NCBI GenBank assembly: GCA_001687465.1
Contig: LVLI01000035.1
Span: 62,001 to 126,000, forward strand
Origin: Halocafeteria seosinensis
Lineage: Eukaryota
Length of the DNA: 64,000 nt
Direction of reading: 5' to 3'
In this document: piece by piece, positions 12,118 to 24,708 of the stretch
Numbering within the stretch: the first letter of the stretch is position 1
How the letters are laid out: each line of letters starts with the position of its first letter
Program-made: the position numbers and the translations under genes
The notes under the pieces: model-generated
What the model saw: only the letters and a program-made list of their open reading frames with translations
Database searches by the model: none
What the model was told of the DNA's origin: nothing

Positions 12118-15100
12118 CTATACACATTGGATATAACATAGCAGCGAACTAAATGGGATTTTCTTTCCAGTCTCTGGATGCCTTAGCGGGCAACATCGGA
12201 CTCCGGGAACCAATCCCATCATAGGTACACAACAATACCCAAGCTCTCTGCTTTCTTTATCGCTCTTCAGAATGTTCTTAACCGACAGGCGAGATTGGGT
12301 GAGATCTTTGCTGTTCCGCCTTCGTAATTGGGGTCCATGAATGCTTTCGTATACACTAAAATGCAAAAATCCCCGATCAGGATACTTCAAATGAATGCAG
12401 AAGCAATTGACGTTGCGGGCACCGGTATCTGATTGTTCGATCCAGGATGGGCTATGAGAACTGGAAGATAAGACAGAAGAGTTGCACACGGCAGGTTCTT
12501 CCTTATCTTCGTATACACATAGTTTCACGTAAGGGGAGACTGCATCACGCCATCGACCGGAATCTTCAAACTGTGTTTCCCCTGAAAAAGTCCGACGCCT
12601 CAAACGCATTGGTGCAAGCTCGCTTTCCTGTCGGCCTAAAGAAGGATTAGGAAGGTTCTGTGCGCCTAGTAGAGTTATCCGTAACTGAAATGGAGCTGTG
12701 GACTGATTGCGAAAAATGTCGGATACTGTGTTTGATGCTGTAGAGGCAAATGCATGAATTCCTCTCGCAGACAAACCCGTGCCCACGTAATCATCAATTA
12801 TCCGACCGAGGAATTCTGTTGTAGTGATGCTATGAATTCGCACGGTTTCTTCGCCGGAATCTCCAGCTTCTTTGGGATGCTCCATGGTGGACGGTTTGAG
12901 AACATATCCAGTCTTTCCATTTAAACGGAATAAGGCTTGGTTTAGTCGTGTAGCTTGACTTCGCGTCTGAAAGTTTAGGGCAACCATTTGGACCCCATGA
13001 TACCAATATGGACTGGGATTGAAATTACTGCTATTAACACGCATTGGACCTGGGTAAACTCGTACTAAATGTTTCCTGGTCAGTGTTTCCACCGCTTCTT
13101 TTTCCTTTTGGACATATCGAAACAACTTCGGCTCTTTCACACTGCACATGTGCCAACTTCGAAGGCTGCTGCGCGCCAAGCTAGTTTCGGCCACCATTAT
13201 TTTAAATTTAACTGCCTTCAATGTAATCATCCTGGATAGATGTGTTGCAAAAGGTTCGCAATGTTTACAGGAATGAGCAGTGGACTCATATACCCCAGAG
13301 TCGGTGATAGGCCTGGCGCGAAATTTTTGAGGAAGATCTTCCGAGCGTCTGCGAGACGCATCCGAGGCCAGGACAGGATAGTTGGCTACGTAGTCTTGTG
13401 TCTCCCGGGTCTTCCACTTCAATAATACGCGACGGCGAAGATTTTCGGGCGTCAGGGTGCAATCAGCCATGTCAGTACTTGTGTTCTCTTCAAATACGGG
13501 GCCCAGGCTTTTTCCGAATTGCTTGTACAATGTCTCGCTCATCTTGATCTGTTGAGGAATGCAGCAATGGACTTCTAGTGACAATATGAGAGGAAATTCC
13601 GAGTTGGTAAAGGCGTACGCTGCCAGAGCCGATATCACATCTTCAAAACTGATAGGAGAAGTAAGCGTTCTTCCATGGTACACTAACGGCTCGCCCTTAG
13701 GGCCGTCCCAGCAGTCTAATTCAACAGAGCGGCAGCCGTGCTGTAGAGCGTCTATGTATGCGTTAGCAGATGATTTCCCGGCGATCTGATCTCCTTCAAG
13801 GTACGTATTATGCGACGATGATATGAAATAGTCCCGCAGAGGACGTGCCATATCTTGCTTTTGAAGTTTACACTGTGTATAAGAGAACATGCTGTTTGAG
13901 TAAGAAAACAAATAAGAGGCCAGAGCGGGAAGCGAGAGAGCTTGATTCCCTGCATCTATGTTGCAAGAACTCGTTCTTCGAGAATTTGGGAACATCGAGT
14001 GGTCCATGCGCAGCAGCCGGTACCTTTCCGTCACAGATTTCGCGAATGACGATTCAGAACTACTTTGTCTCTGCACTCGATGAAGAAACCGATCGAAAGC
14101 AGTCTCGCTCACATAATTTTCTAGAATTTCCCCATTTTGCATTTTCTCTGTCACTGAATCTAGACACTGCTGGACTATGTGATCCTTATTCTGCTTAACA
14201 TCTTGACAAGAGCGCCTTTGACACTGTACTAAGACCGACCAAATCAAGAGCACAATCCAATGGACTTTGAGCAAGTCTACAGCTCGAGCAAAGCCCTCAT
14301 AGTTAATTGTCCAGTGATCTAGTTCAAAGGTATCGCTGTTTTGTTCTTTAGCAACATGATAGAATGCGCTCTTCTGCTGCGATAAGGGGGAACGTAAACA
14401 GATTGTGTCCATCACTCTGCAAAACTGCCAAAAGTATATGCGACTTCGCATGCTGGCATTCCAAGTATCAGGACTTTTTGGCTTTCGATCCTCGGATTTA
14501 AAGTCCACCTTTGCCATCGGGCAATCGAAGGAGCGTAGGAGCCCGTGTTTTGTGCGGTCATATATATCTCCGGCGCTCCAACGTCTGTAGAGCCGTCGCT
14601 TAATGCTCTCGTCTTGTTGCAAGTAGTACGACGGTCTAGGGCAATGAACTTCTCTGAGAAACGCCCACCGCAATGCTTTCCTGTCACAATCATCTAGTAG
14701 GACCCGTTCAAGTATCGTGAGGACGGTGATTCCATTGTACCAAATCGTCCGGTCTTCTTCTGAAGGAAAAACTAAATCCAACGTTCTCCCTCCCCCGGTA
14801 ATACCGGGACCACATATGAGAGAGAGTGAATGCTTTCGCAAATGGCCCCACAATTTCTTATGTCGTTCAAACACCGAAGTATGCTGGCCCTTCTGAACCC
14901 TTTCGATTTGGGCGAAGTGAACTGCGAATGAGAGAGTAACAAATAAAAAGTACGATTCTTGTTGGCGTCTTGTTTTCTGGTCCGTACCTGTGCTACATGC
15001 AGGGGACTTCCGTTTGCTTGACCATCGTATACCATCTTCTTGCTCTGTCAATTGAATTACTCGTTTCGCCGGCGCTCCACGTCGTCCCATTTTGGTCACT

Positions 15101-15459
15101 GTAATTCCTTTGCGTAGACACTCTCTGAATTGTTCGATTTCATCTTCACTCATACGGGCAAAGAAGTGGGCTTCTTCTTGGTTCAACATTTGCTTCCGAC
15201 ACGCTTTTTCGAAGGCCGAATGTAGAGTACCTCCATTTTCCTGACTTCCAAACAACGGAGACGAAGATCCTTCCGAGTTCTTTGCCCCATGCTCCTCGTC
15301 CATTCGACGCATAGGGATACGAGGGGGAGTAGCAGATCCTGGAGCTAATTTAGACACAGCAGGAGCAGCATTGTGGAGGTCGTGGTCGTCGACAAGAGCT
15401 CCATTTCTCCTCTCCAAAGAAAGTGGGGAAGGGATTGATGGGGACGAAGGCAGTGCCAT
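12118..15459 (-). CDS. Phosphoinositide-specific phospholipase C (PH, EF-like, X, Y, C2 domains); probable in-frame intron 14922-14987
   Basis: X box YFISSSHNTYL...GCRSVELDCWDG...VYHGRTLT with both catalytic His intact. Y box LVRVYPG...SSNFNP...QMVALNFQT...NGKTGYVLKP. PH domain RTLDLV...W. C-terminal C2 domain. Confidence 0.95.
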   Translation of the reverse strand: MALPSSPSIPSPLSLERRNGALVDDHDLHNAAPAVSKLAPGSATPPRIPMRRMDEEHGAKNSEGSSSPLFGSQENGGTLHSAFEKACRKQMLNQEEAHFFARMSEDEIEQFRECLRKGITVTKMGRRGAPAKRVIQLTEQEDGIRWSSKRKSPACSTGTDQKTRRQQESYFLFVTLSFAVHFAQIERVQKGQHTSVFERHKKLWGHLRKHSLSLICGPGITGGGRTLDLVFPSEEDRTIWYNGITVLTILERVLLDDCDRKALRWAFLREVHCPRPSYYLQQDESIKRRLYRRWSAGDIYDRTKHGLLRSFDCPMAKVDFKSEDRKPKSPDTWNASMRSRIYFWQFCRVMDTICLRSPLSQQKSAFYHVAKEQNSDTFELDHWTINYEGFARAVDLLKVHWIVLLIWSVLVQCQRRSCQDVKQNKDHIVQQCLDSVTEKMQNGEILENYVSETAFDRFLHRVQRQSSSESSFAKSVTERYRLLRMDHSMFPNSRRTSSCNIDAGNQALSLPALASYLFSYSNSMFSYTQCKLQKQDMARPLRDYFISSSHNTYLEGDQIAGKSSANAYIDALQHGCRSVELDCWDGPKGEPLVYHGRTLTSPISFEDVISALAAYAFTNSEFPLILSLEVHCCIPQQIKMSETLYKQFGKSLGPVFEENTSTDMADCTLTPENLRRRVLLKWKTRETQDYVANYPVLASDASRRRSEDLPQKFRARPITDSGVYESTAHSCKHCEPFATHLSRMITLKAVKFKIMVAETSLARSSLRSWHMCSVKEPKLFRYVQKEKEAVETLTRKHLVRVYPGPMRVNSSNFNPSPYWYHGVQMVALNFQTRSQATRLNQALFRLNGKTGYVLKPSTMEHPKEAGDSGEETVRIHSITTTEFLGRIIDDYVGTGLSARGIHAFASTASNTVSDIFRNQSTAPFQLRITLLGAQNLPNPSLGRQESELAPMRLRRRTFSGETQFEDSGRWRDAVSPYVKLCVYEDKEEPAVCNSSVLSSSSHSPSWIEQSDTGARNVNCFCIHLKYPDRGFLHFSVYESIHGPQLRRRNSKDLTQSRLSVKNILKSDKESRELGYCCVPMMGLVPGVRCCPLRHPETGKKIPFSSLLCYIQCV

Positions 15460-15811
15460 GGCTTGGCAACTATCCCCCACTATATATTAAAGCACATTTG
15501 TCTGTTTGTATCTAATAATATTCAGGTGCTACGGTACACGAGTACACGAGGGGAAAAGGGTAACAATACAATGAGACTAACTTTGACTCAAACGAGTGGT
15601 GTGAACCATCCTGTCAGTACCTGTCTCGGGAGTTAAGTACAAAACGGGACACGGCTAGCAAAAAAGGAGAGCAGTCTGCTTACTAGATGTGCGATATGGG
15701 TGAGACCAGAAATGTCGAATGCATTTCGGCAATGTGTATCAAACTAAACTATTCCATAAAAGAGTTACAATTGTACAACAATTGTATCTTTCGGACCTGG
15801 GAGCTTAAGAT

Positions 15812-17887
15812 TTACAAAGAGCTGCTGCCCGCCGCATTCGCATCATTGCTGACTGACGATTCATTGGGCTTAACGACGAATATGCATCTAGCCACAGTTT
15901 TGGCTGTCACCCATGAGTGAGTGTTGTTCCACCGCATAACTACGTATCCTTGCTCAGCGCCATTACCACTAGAGGAGGTGAGTGTCCACGACCCTTTCTC
16001 TTGCTGGGCTCTTTTCGGAGCTCGGATTAGCACAACCGTTTTATCCTGCTCTTCTCCTTTCTTTGGTTTCTTCTTGTCAGTCCCAGGTGTCTTCAATGTT
16101 TCATTAAACTTCTTGACATCCTGCATAGTGTTATCTACGACAAACGATTTTTCTTCTGGATTTCCAGTGGCCTCCTTATCCAACAAGGTGGCTACATTGA
16201 TGCCCTCCGATAACGCCTTGCTCAAATTTTTGTTTTCTGACGACACAAAAAAAATAGTAAACTCTAGGTCCTTTGCGTCCTTGACAGAGAAATCCCACTC
16301 TACACGCTCTCCCTGTCGAAGTGGAACCAACAGTTCGTCTTTACCGCCTTTGGATATGTAGCCATCTCTACCCAAAGCACCGTATCCAACTATATAGCTA
16401 TAGGGAACATTTCCCCCATCGCAAATTCTGCAAAACCATACAAGGTGATGGAAACTAACTTCTAGAGATACAATTCGAAACATTTACGTGTAGTCTTTCT
16501 CTTTTCCTCCCAGAAAGTCAGGTAGACGATCAATGTCTACATATTTGCCGACTGTCTCAAGATAGGAACTTCCTAGTACCTTCAACTGCAACGAATGACT
16601 GGACAATTAAAAGGTGTTCGTTCTACCTAAAAGTGCACATTCTACCATACCTTGTCCAACGTTCCTTTGTCCAAGAAGGATGAGGCCAAACCCCATATAA
16701 AGGAAAATGCCTTGGGCGCTCTGACCAATAAAACTCTGAAATATCGCATCAATTGTGTAACATGAACAAATAGAGTCAGGCATCGGTAGCAATACATCAA
16801 TGCGTACCTTCTCACGACTTCAGGGTAGTTGTCTTCTTCCAATCGGATACGTTTCTTAAGTACAGAAAAGACGCTTGAAGTGGCCATCTTTGTGGATAAG
16901 TTTTGGAGATCAATGATAGCCGTCATTTTATCCCTCAATTTGCCATGATTTCGGCTGGCTTCAGCCATCTGCTAAAAGGATAAACGATGTGTGTTTAGAC
17001 TTAAACGATCATTATTTCCAAAGTAGTTTGTCGCTTACGTAAGCTTCTTGTTTTTCATGGTACCATGTTACCCACAGAAGAAACTCAGCCTCGCCTACAG
17101 CTGCTTCTAGGCCAACCAAGTCTCTGCAATGACAGCTTATCTAGTAAAAGACACTTGTTGAAGACGACAACCACCAGTGAGTGATTGTTAAGTTCGTACA
17201 TGTTTCCTATCAATTCAATCAACAGTGGATATCCCTCCTTGTCACTGCCATGAAATCCAGTAGGAAAGAACTTCTTCATTACCTCAGGCTCTTTGTACCA
17301 CTGCAAGATTGTGTCGGCCTTCACCTGTATGGGGTAACATACAGCGGGTATCACAACTTTGTACAAAGTGAGTTCTCGATCAATGGAACGACAGTCCGTA
17401 CCTCTTGTCTCCAAAGCATTGCGCTCCTATATTGCGCTTCAGCCTTCTCTACATTGCCTCCGCGAGCCACAATGAACCTATTTAGCGCTGCATCGGTTCT
17501 CCAGTGAGGACTCACTTCAAGCTTTTTGCTTTTGTCCTTGCCCGCTTCCTTTACCCTATCCATAGCTACGATAGGGTTCACTATGTCCTCCGGGTTCAGA
17601 TCATGGCCATTCTTCTGCTTCTGAAAATTAGCTAGATCTCGCAGTATTTCTAGTTGCCAGTCTAGATGTTGATCCATCTCCTCTTGGGTGGGCTTTTCGA
17701 CGCCAACTCGTTGGCGCAAATCCTCAATCTTAGCGAGGGTTTCCTCCGTAAACGGCCTCATTGGGTCCTTCGCGAACGAATCATCGTATCCGCCGTCCTT
17801 TCCCTCCGTCTGCGGCAGCTCTCCATCATCACCATTGGCTGCAGACTCTGCCATTTTAGTATCACTCGTACTGCTGCTGGACGCCAT
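15812..17887 (-). CDS. SEC14-like CRAL-TRIO lipid-binding protein with C-terminal GOLD domain, multi-exon
   Basis: LNRFIVARGGNVEKAE, FHGSDKEGYPLLIELIG, IIDLQNL, EDNYPE, VRAPKAFSFIW; GOLD end GYVVMRWNNTHSWVTAKTV. GT-AG introns join the ORF pieces (for example 17325-17401). Confidence 0.9.
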
Positions 17888-19804
17888 TGTTCGTGCAGAG
17901 TTCACAGAGCAAACGCCTATGTACTTGTACTAGTCTGTGGCAAGGGCTGCAATGAGGACTAAGTGCGAGCAAACATACTTTTATTTTTGCAACAACAACT
18001 CTTAAATGGTCATACTATCTGGTACAGGGGCAGTTTAAGCGGTTAATATTCCGTTCCCCCCGCTCCTTGCACCACAAGCTAGTGGCAGCTGTCGGTGTCA
18101 GCAAGAGCTAGCTTTACTGGAAGCCAATACACTTCCATCGAATGAATACCAGTACAATGAGAAACCTGTACGGTGGATTTCCTAAACGGAATTGTCCGGA
18201 GAGTGCTCGTAGGAGCTAAATGACTTCAGCTGAAGCTGGTTGTCTGAGTGCGGAACCTACGTACTGGGGATCAACTACAGTAATCCAGCGTAAACACTTA
18301 TAGACGAACGTTGGTCTCCTACAGTCAATATCGGAGCACGTTCACACCAAACTGTTGATCACTTCTTTCCTTATAACAGCGAGATAGTCACTTTACTGGG
18401 GAAACTCAATCTCGATAGCTACAAGGATCCAGAAGAACTTTAGAGTTAGGGGACCCCTATAACGTGTATACATGACTCATGAGAAATGCTACATTAGATC
18501 TTCCGTAGTTAGCTCATCGCTTCGATCCTCCTGGGATTCAGTCACCCATCATGTTAAGATGGGTGGTTTCCAAGAATGCAAGCCCCGTCAATTCAGCTGT
18601 TTACCTCAGCATGGCATCTGTCTGACACCGTCTCTAACGCGTTACGTCTCAACACGGAAGAGAAGGATAAGACTCATTGAAAATCCTGATGATTCCTTAC
18701 CGATAGCCATGAAGTGTGCGTTGAATGAACTAACTTTCTACGAGCTTTGACCGTTCGTGAGGGACGCATAAACGTTGCTTCTTTCTCGTGGATACTCGTG
18801 CTGGGATGAATTGAGCCACCTTCAGTGAGGGTGGTTATCTAGTTGCGATTCTATGAATGGTCGACGGTGAATCGATAAGATTAAACGGTTTGATAGCGTC
18901 ACCAATGGACTCGCTGTGAGTTGAAGGCTTCTAATAGACGATAAAACTTATGAAATGGACAAGCCTTGAGCCACTCTACTACTGTACAATTGTACAAGTA
19001 CAGTACAACTACCTGTACAAGTACCGTAATACACACTCAAAAGTTGAGTTGGTCGAGTCAAGCCATATCGATTAGTGGGATGCAACTACTAAATTTAAGG
19101 AAGCTTCGTGCTCTTCGGACATTTATTTTGTGTACTCCGGTCTCGGAAACACAGGCCACTCCAATGTAACGCTGATCCAAAGTACCAGGTAACGTTCTCA
19201 CCTGGTTGGTGGTGTCACAAGGCGATTCAAACATACCGACGTGTCTGGCACACTGTCTCCCCTCTGCGCCGATTCTTTTAGAACCCCTTTTTCCTGAGTA
19301 GAGCTGATCAAAAGTTTAGTACCAGTAGCTTTCTATTCCCGTTGTACTTTGAATAACGGAAGCCGGTTACGGAGGTGAAGTGAGCAAGGCCACACCAGTG
19401 GCACCCTCGTTCCCATACCACCCCTCGATTACTCTTACATGTTTTATGTGAGATTCATGCACGTCCCAGGACAAGTCATCATATTACAGTACCGCCTGTC
19501 AGATTCAGAAAATATGTGAGTCAATCAACTTTGGTCCAGGGACATTGAAGTCGCAGCAAGAATACCTGCCGATGGGACTGGTAGTTGCCAGATGCTATGA
19601 TATCATTACAGCACGTGGGAAATGGGTCGTCTAAGCAACCATTAGCTCCCTTTTTTTCCCTCTTATCTGCAGTTTGAAGCGGTGAGCTAGCATATTAAAC
19701 ACTCGTTGGCGTAATACTCAGCTGTGCGCGTGCTTAGCACCAGAGACGGCCTCTGTAATAGCCTGCAGTAATTGGGTTGTAGCTAGTTGACGGAAACGCG
19801 TAGA

Positions 19805-21030
19805 ATGTCACGCTCAATGGGTTTCGGCTTGGAGTTCTCTGAAGGCCATCTAGAGCAACACCCCCAGCAGGGTTCAGCAAGTGTTATTACAGGTAGAAGC
19901 GAGGACGACCAACAACAAGACCACGAGCATATTACGGCCACTGAGAAATACGACCACAGACAATCATACGCCGCTATACCCAGTGGAGATACACATGCGT
20001 CTGATACTTCTATGCAGGGTGCTACTCGTAAGTAAAGCTTTTCTTCGTCTTCGCCCCTGCTCTGTTAGTAACTAGTGGAACTTCGTGGCTACTTCACATC
20101 TTTTCGGCAGGGACGGGAGCTAGTGCACAAGCCACAACAGAGTCAGAAATAGAAGCAGGACAGGCAGTACAAGCTCAGCAGGATGTAATTGGGGGGCACA
20201 CTACAGATGGCTCACCCAACAATGGGTCTCTGCTACAGCAGCAGCAACAGAGAATGTTACGTCAGGAGCCTGGGACTTGCGTAGCACCAGTGGTTCAGCC
20301 ATGGCAAAGGCGGCCAGAGTATTACCTGCAACTAAATCCCATGTATCCTAGGTTAAATATGGTTTATGGGATGCCTCCTATATATATTGTGGACAACTTC
20401 CTGTCGGAACAGGAGTGCCAGTATTTAATCAATGAAGGACAAGCGCGGCTCGAGCGTAGTATTGTTGTGGATGGTGTGGGAGGTAAGTATCCAATCATAC
20501 GTATTACGGCTAGTTTCATTATCTGACGTAACGATAAATTTATATGCTTAAAAAACTGCACAGGAGAAACATCGGCTCCTGCTCGAACCAGTCATACATG
20601 TTTCCTTCATAAAAATAAAACTCAATGGTTGGATGCACGCATCGAAGAGCTGACACGGCGACCACGTTCGCAATTTGAACCTGCTCAAGTTTGCAAATAT
20701 AATTACGGGCAATTTTATAAGGCTCATTATGACGCATTCGATCTAACCACGCAACCTGGAAGGAGATGCGCTGAAACAGGCGGACAAAGGATTGCGACAG
20801 TATTGATTTACCTCAACACAGTAGAAAGGGGCGGTCAAACCACATTTCCGAAGCTCAATTTGAAGTTCTCCCCCATTAGAGGCCGGGCGCTCATTTTCTT
20901 TCCTGCCACGCTGGATGGCGCTTTGGATACACTTGCCTTGCATTGTGGAGAGGATGCCATCGAAGAGAAGTGGTTGTGCCAAGTATGGATGCGCCAGGAA
21001 GAATTTGGCCAGCCTCATGGCCGACGCTAG
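19805..21030 (+). CDS. Prolyl 4-hydroxylase (2OG-Fe(II) dioxygenase); introns 20028-20110 and 20483-20563
   Basis: PPIYIVDNFLSEQEC, RTS, QVCKYNYGQFYKAHYD, GGQRIATVLIYLN, GGQTTFP, LHCG...EKW (HxD...H triad and the 2OG-binding Lys). Confidence 0.93.
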
Positions 21031-21127
21031 GTAACTCATTGTAGCTAATCACTAACTCGCAGGAAAATATTACTGATTGGTATAGCCACGATGTTTGTTG
21101 AAGAGTTTGCGCAGTACCAGCTTAACA

Positions 21128-24100
21128 TCACTTCACCTTTTGTCGAGAGAAAGCATTGCCGCGTCGGGAAGAAAAGCAGGCGTATACTCCTACGACACAA
21201 AGTGTTAACACTCCATGCACGCACCAGAGTGTCATCGTGAGTCCAGAGAAAATGGCAAGTAAAACGCTTCCGGTGAGGGGCACTCGGTATTCATCGAACA
21301 GGTAATGGAACAGCCTCGAAAATGGGTCATGGGGTAGCGGACGCAGAACAGCTTCCCACGATAAAAGATTGGGCCCATTTCCTACCGTACCGATGCGAAT
21401 ACTTCCGTTAAGTCGCGATTCTACGACACTGGAGGGGACTATAGCCTTCAAAACTGTGTTCCATAGCGACGACGGATTTGCATGTTCAAAGTAGCCAGGG
21501 CGCCCTTCAACACGGAATGTAGGATAGCCGTCCTGACAGAATCCTTCAACACTGGTGTCACTACCACAGAGAGAAGAAACATGAGCAGCTAACGGCTGCT
21601 CGTTTCCTGTATTGCTGAAGAGCACATAGGTATTTCCAAGCCAAATGTCACTGAAATCTGCAGTCCAGGTTTCAAATTTCGCCCCAAAGAAGTCAGTGAG
21701 TAAACCATCGAACAAAGATATCATCGGCCGAAAAATGGTAGAGCTGTTGTACGTGACCCCACTGCTCGCTAGTTGCGTGATGCTTCGGGAAGCGAATCCG
21801 CGTCTCTCAATTTCTTGGTGAGCAAAAACATGGATATCACCTCCGATTGTAAGGTCCACTTTGGAAGAAGAACTGCGGTTCGATCAACAAAGGAAAGTAG
21901 AGAACTCGTATGACGGTAGCAGTCTTGCTCCACAACCTACAATAACAGGTTCAGCAACTCCCGTAAAGCTGGTGCGTTGTGCGGGTGTGTCGAGTACCTA
22001 TCGTTCTCGACGAACTCCGTGAAGAGTGATAAAGTCTCATCCATCCAACTGCGGAAGAACAGAAGCAAAAGGAAAACATGATAATATCTCACTGAGTATG
22101 TGCGAGAGCGATCTTACATCAATGGGTGTGCGGATAACACTATGATGTGATCTACACCCGAATTCAACTCCCACAGGCGCAGGGATTCGTTGACGAAAGC
22201 CAGTTGTCTGGAAGAAAGCAGATACACCAGTTTTCCACCATTAAAGGTTTGTTCCCATCGCATATCAACGAACAATATCCCAACATTGCCTATAGTACGT
22301 GCGAAGTACCACGGATCCAGCTGATCCGTGTCGACTTCTTCACCCCTTGACCAACTCGCCTCCGAGATGTGCTGACGTCCCGTTTGAGGCGAGATGGCAT
22401 AGGCTGTCGAATATGAAAAAGCAGACTGTCGATGACTGCTGGTTTTCCGGTGAGATACATTTACAGTGACAGTGGAGCCATTCAACATATCACTGATCAG
22501 TTGAAACTGGTACTCGTAAGCTGTTTGACGACCAGCGTGCAGGACATGAGATAGTTTGTTCATGCCGGTGTTGTAATGCTTCACCATTAGCGCATCCGTA
22601 GTATTAGCAGGGGATATTTCTGCGTTAGGTTCGGTTACTCCCAATGCCCACAGTTTCCTTTTGACGGCTTGTATAAACGGCGTGAGCAGATGACGAGCAG
22701 GGTCCTTATGACCTACCATCCACGCATCTAGATTGTTTACTATGTCGTGGTCATCGGGAACCATCCAATGTGCTCCGTTCCGTAGCATTGTGGCAGCTGT
22801 GTCGCGCCCCCAGGAAAAGCGATAGCCTTGTCGAAACAGATCCCTCAGTTGCGCAGAATCGTAGGTTTTTGGGGAAGAAAGAATGTGCTGAACCACGCGG
22901 TCATTGTATACCTGAAAGTAGTCAACATATATATGAACTAGCAATCACAACATACCGCACTAGTATGCTTACACCCATGTGCTGACTTACCTGATCTCCG
23001 AGGTGGAACATTCCAGTTCTGTTTCGTTCTCGTTTGATGAAGTATCTCCAGAACGAACTGTCCATATCGTCATTGAAACGGTCACATGAGACAACCTGCG
23101 GGTACTATTTTGAGTAGCCCAGCTGGTCAAGCTATTGGAAACAAAAGAGGCCAACATACTGGAAAGGAAAGCTTAGTGCCTCTTGCTTTCTTGTACATAG
23201 AGTCTGTGCGATTGTCCAAGGAGTCCACTGGTTCGGGCAAAGTACGGAACATTGCAGGAATCTCTTCAGCAGTCCCCGGTCGCAATTGGACAATATAGCG
23301 CGTGTCGTGTTGCAGTCCAAGCAAACTGATGACCTGTATGAAAAAAAAAAAAAAAAAACCCAACAAAAAACAAAATAAAAAAACGTGAAAGAGTATTTTT
23401 GCAGCGGGCACCTTGTCGTGTACTTGCCTGAGGAAACCGTCGACCGAAGAACATAGGGAGTTCCGTTTTATACAACACCAAACTGCGTTCTGAATCTTCT
23501 GAAGAAATCGACTGGACGACCATTTGAATGGGACTGATAGGGCTTGCCCGTAAATCCTCTACAAGCAGTCTCGCAGCTCGCTCAGATACATCGCCGACAA
23601 TAACGAGCAACTGTTGAGTGAATGCTTCCGAGCAGTTAGCTCGCTCTTCCTTGAATAAATCGGGAACACCTGGCTTTTTACGAAAACTTATCTTGGTTGT
23701 ATTGGATGTGTTTCGTTCTGCTGTGGGAACTTGTTGAATCTCGGAGGGCTGTCGACCCTGCGGAGTCGAAGAGCCTGACGAACTGTGCAAAGTGCCCTCT
23801 GAGTCTTGCGCATTTGGGTGCATCTCTTCGTTCGCAGCCTCACGTGAGCGTTGATGTCCATCATTTTTGTTTTCCATGAACGTCTGAGGTGTGACCGGGG
23901 CGCTGTCTTCGGTGGTGAACTCCGCTTCGCGGCCGTTTGGCCGCTCTCCATGTTCCTGGGACTTGGAATCCTCTAGTTGGCGGCCTAATTTCAATTCCTC
24001 TTGTCTACTCCGATGGGGCTTGGGCTGCCTGTATTCGGGCGGCTTGAGGTCTTCTATCAAGTCAAAGGTGGACTGGTTTAGATCCAGCGAAGGCGGTATA

Positions 24101-24189
24101 TCGGCTCTTGCGCACTCCGTGGGGATTGTGAGGAGTATTATGATGCACCCCGAGCATATTGACCAGCAGGGGATTCTACACCGACGCAT
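21128..24189 (-). CDS. PhoD-like (alkaline phosphatase D) metallophosphatase with signal peptide and C-terminal TM anchor, multi-exon
   Basis: Spliced motifs VIVGDVS...A, PQ|VISLLGLQHDTRY, VVSCDR, FHLGDQ|VYND, PDDHDIVNN, FVDMR, IGGDIH. Hydrophobic N-terminus and a C-terminal hydrophobic segment. Confidence 0.8.
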
Positions 24190-24708
24190 TTCTCGGACAG
24201 CACTCACCGCACTGACGGGACCGAACAAGTAGTCTATAGGGAAGCCAGGTAGACAGCGTGGACTCACATCCACCGGATGTACCACTGTGCAGTGGCCTTA
24301 TCTTTCAACAGAGGCAGACAGTCTCCTTTACCAGCAGTTGGTGACTTTCTCTCGCTGCCCACGTCTCTAACTAACTATACTAACAGAAGCAGCTCAGCTC
24401 TAGTGGTTACAATGGTAGGGTCGTTGGCGTGGGACAACAACCCTGGTACTTGGTCGACCACACCCTGACAACAAGGACCTTGAAGAATGCCGGCCGGGCC
24501 CGGCTACTTGTCCTCGCACACATACAAGCAGACGGCGTTTGGATGGTTTGAGAACAGTGAAGCATTTTCAGGAAGAGCGAAAATAGTGCTTGTTTTGGGG
24601 ACAAACTGGGATTGTGTTAACTTACTTGCTTGGTTACAAGAGAGAGCGAGAAGGAAACACAGTAGAGTCTATTATTTGGACCGCATACAGATCGAGAACT
24701 CAACCACA

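Noticed and set aside
17950..19800. 1.9-kb spacer with short ORFs, GTAC-rich runs and one TTAGGG-like word
   Set aside because: No recognisable protein, RNA gene or repeat unit that I can support.
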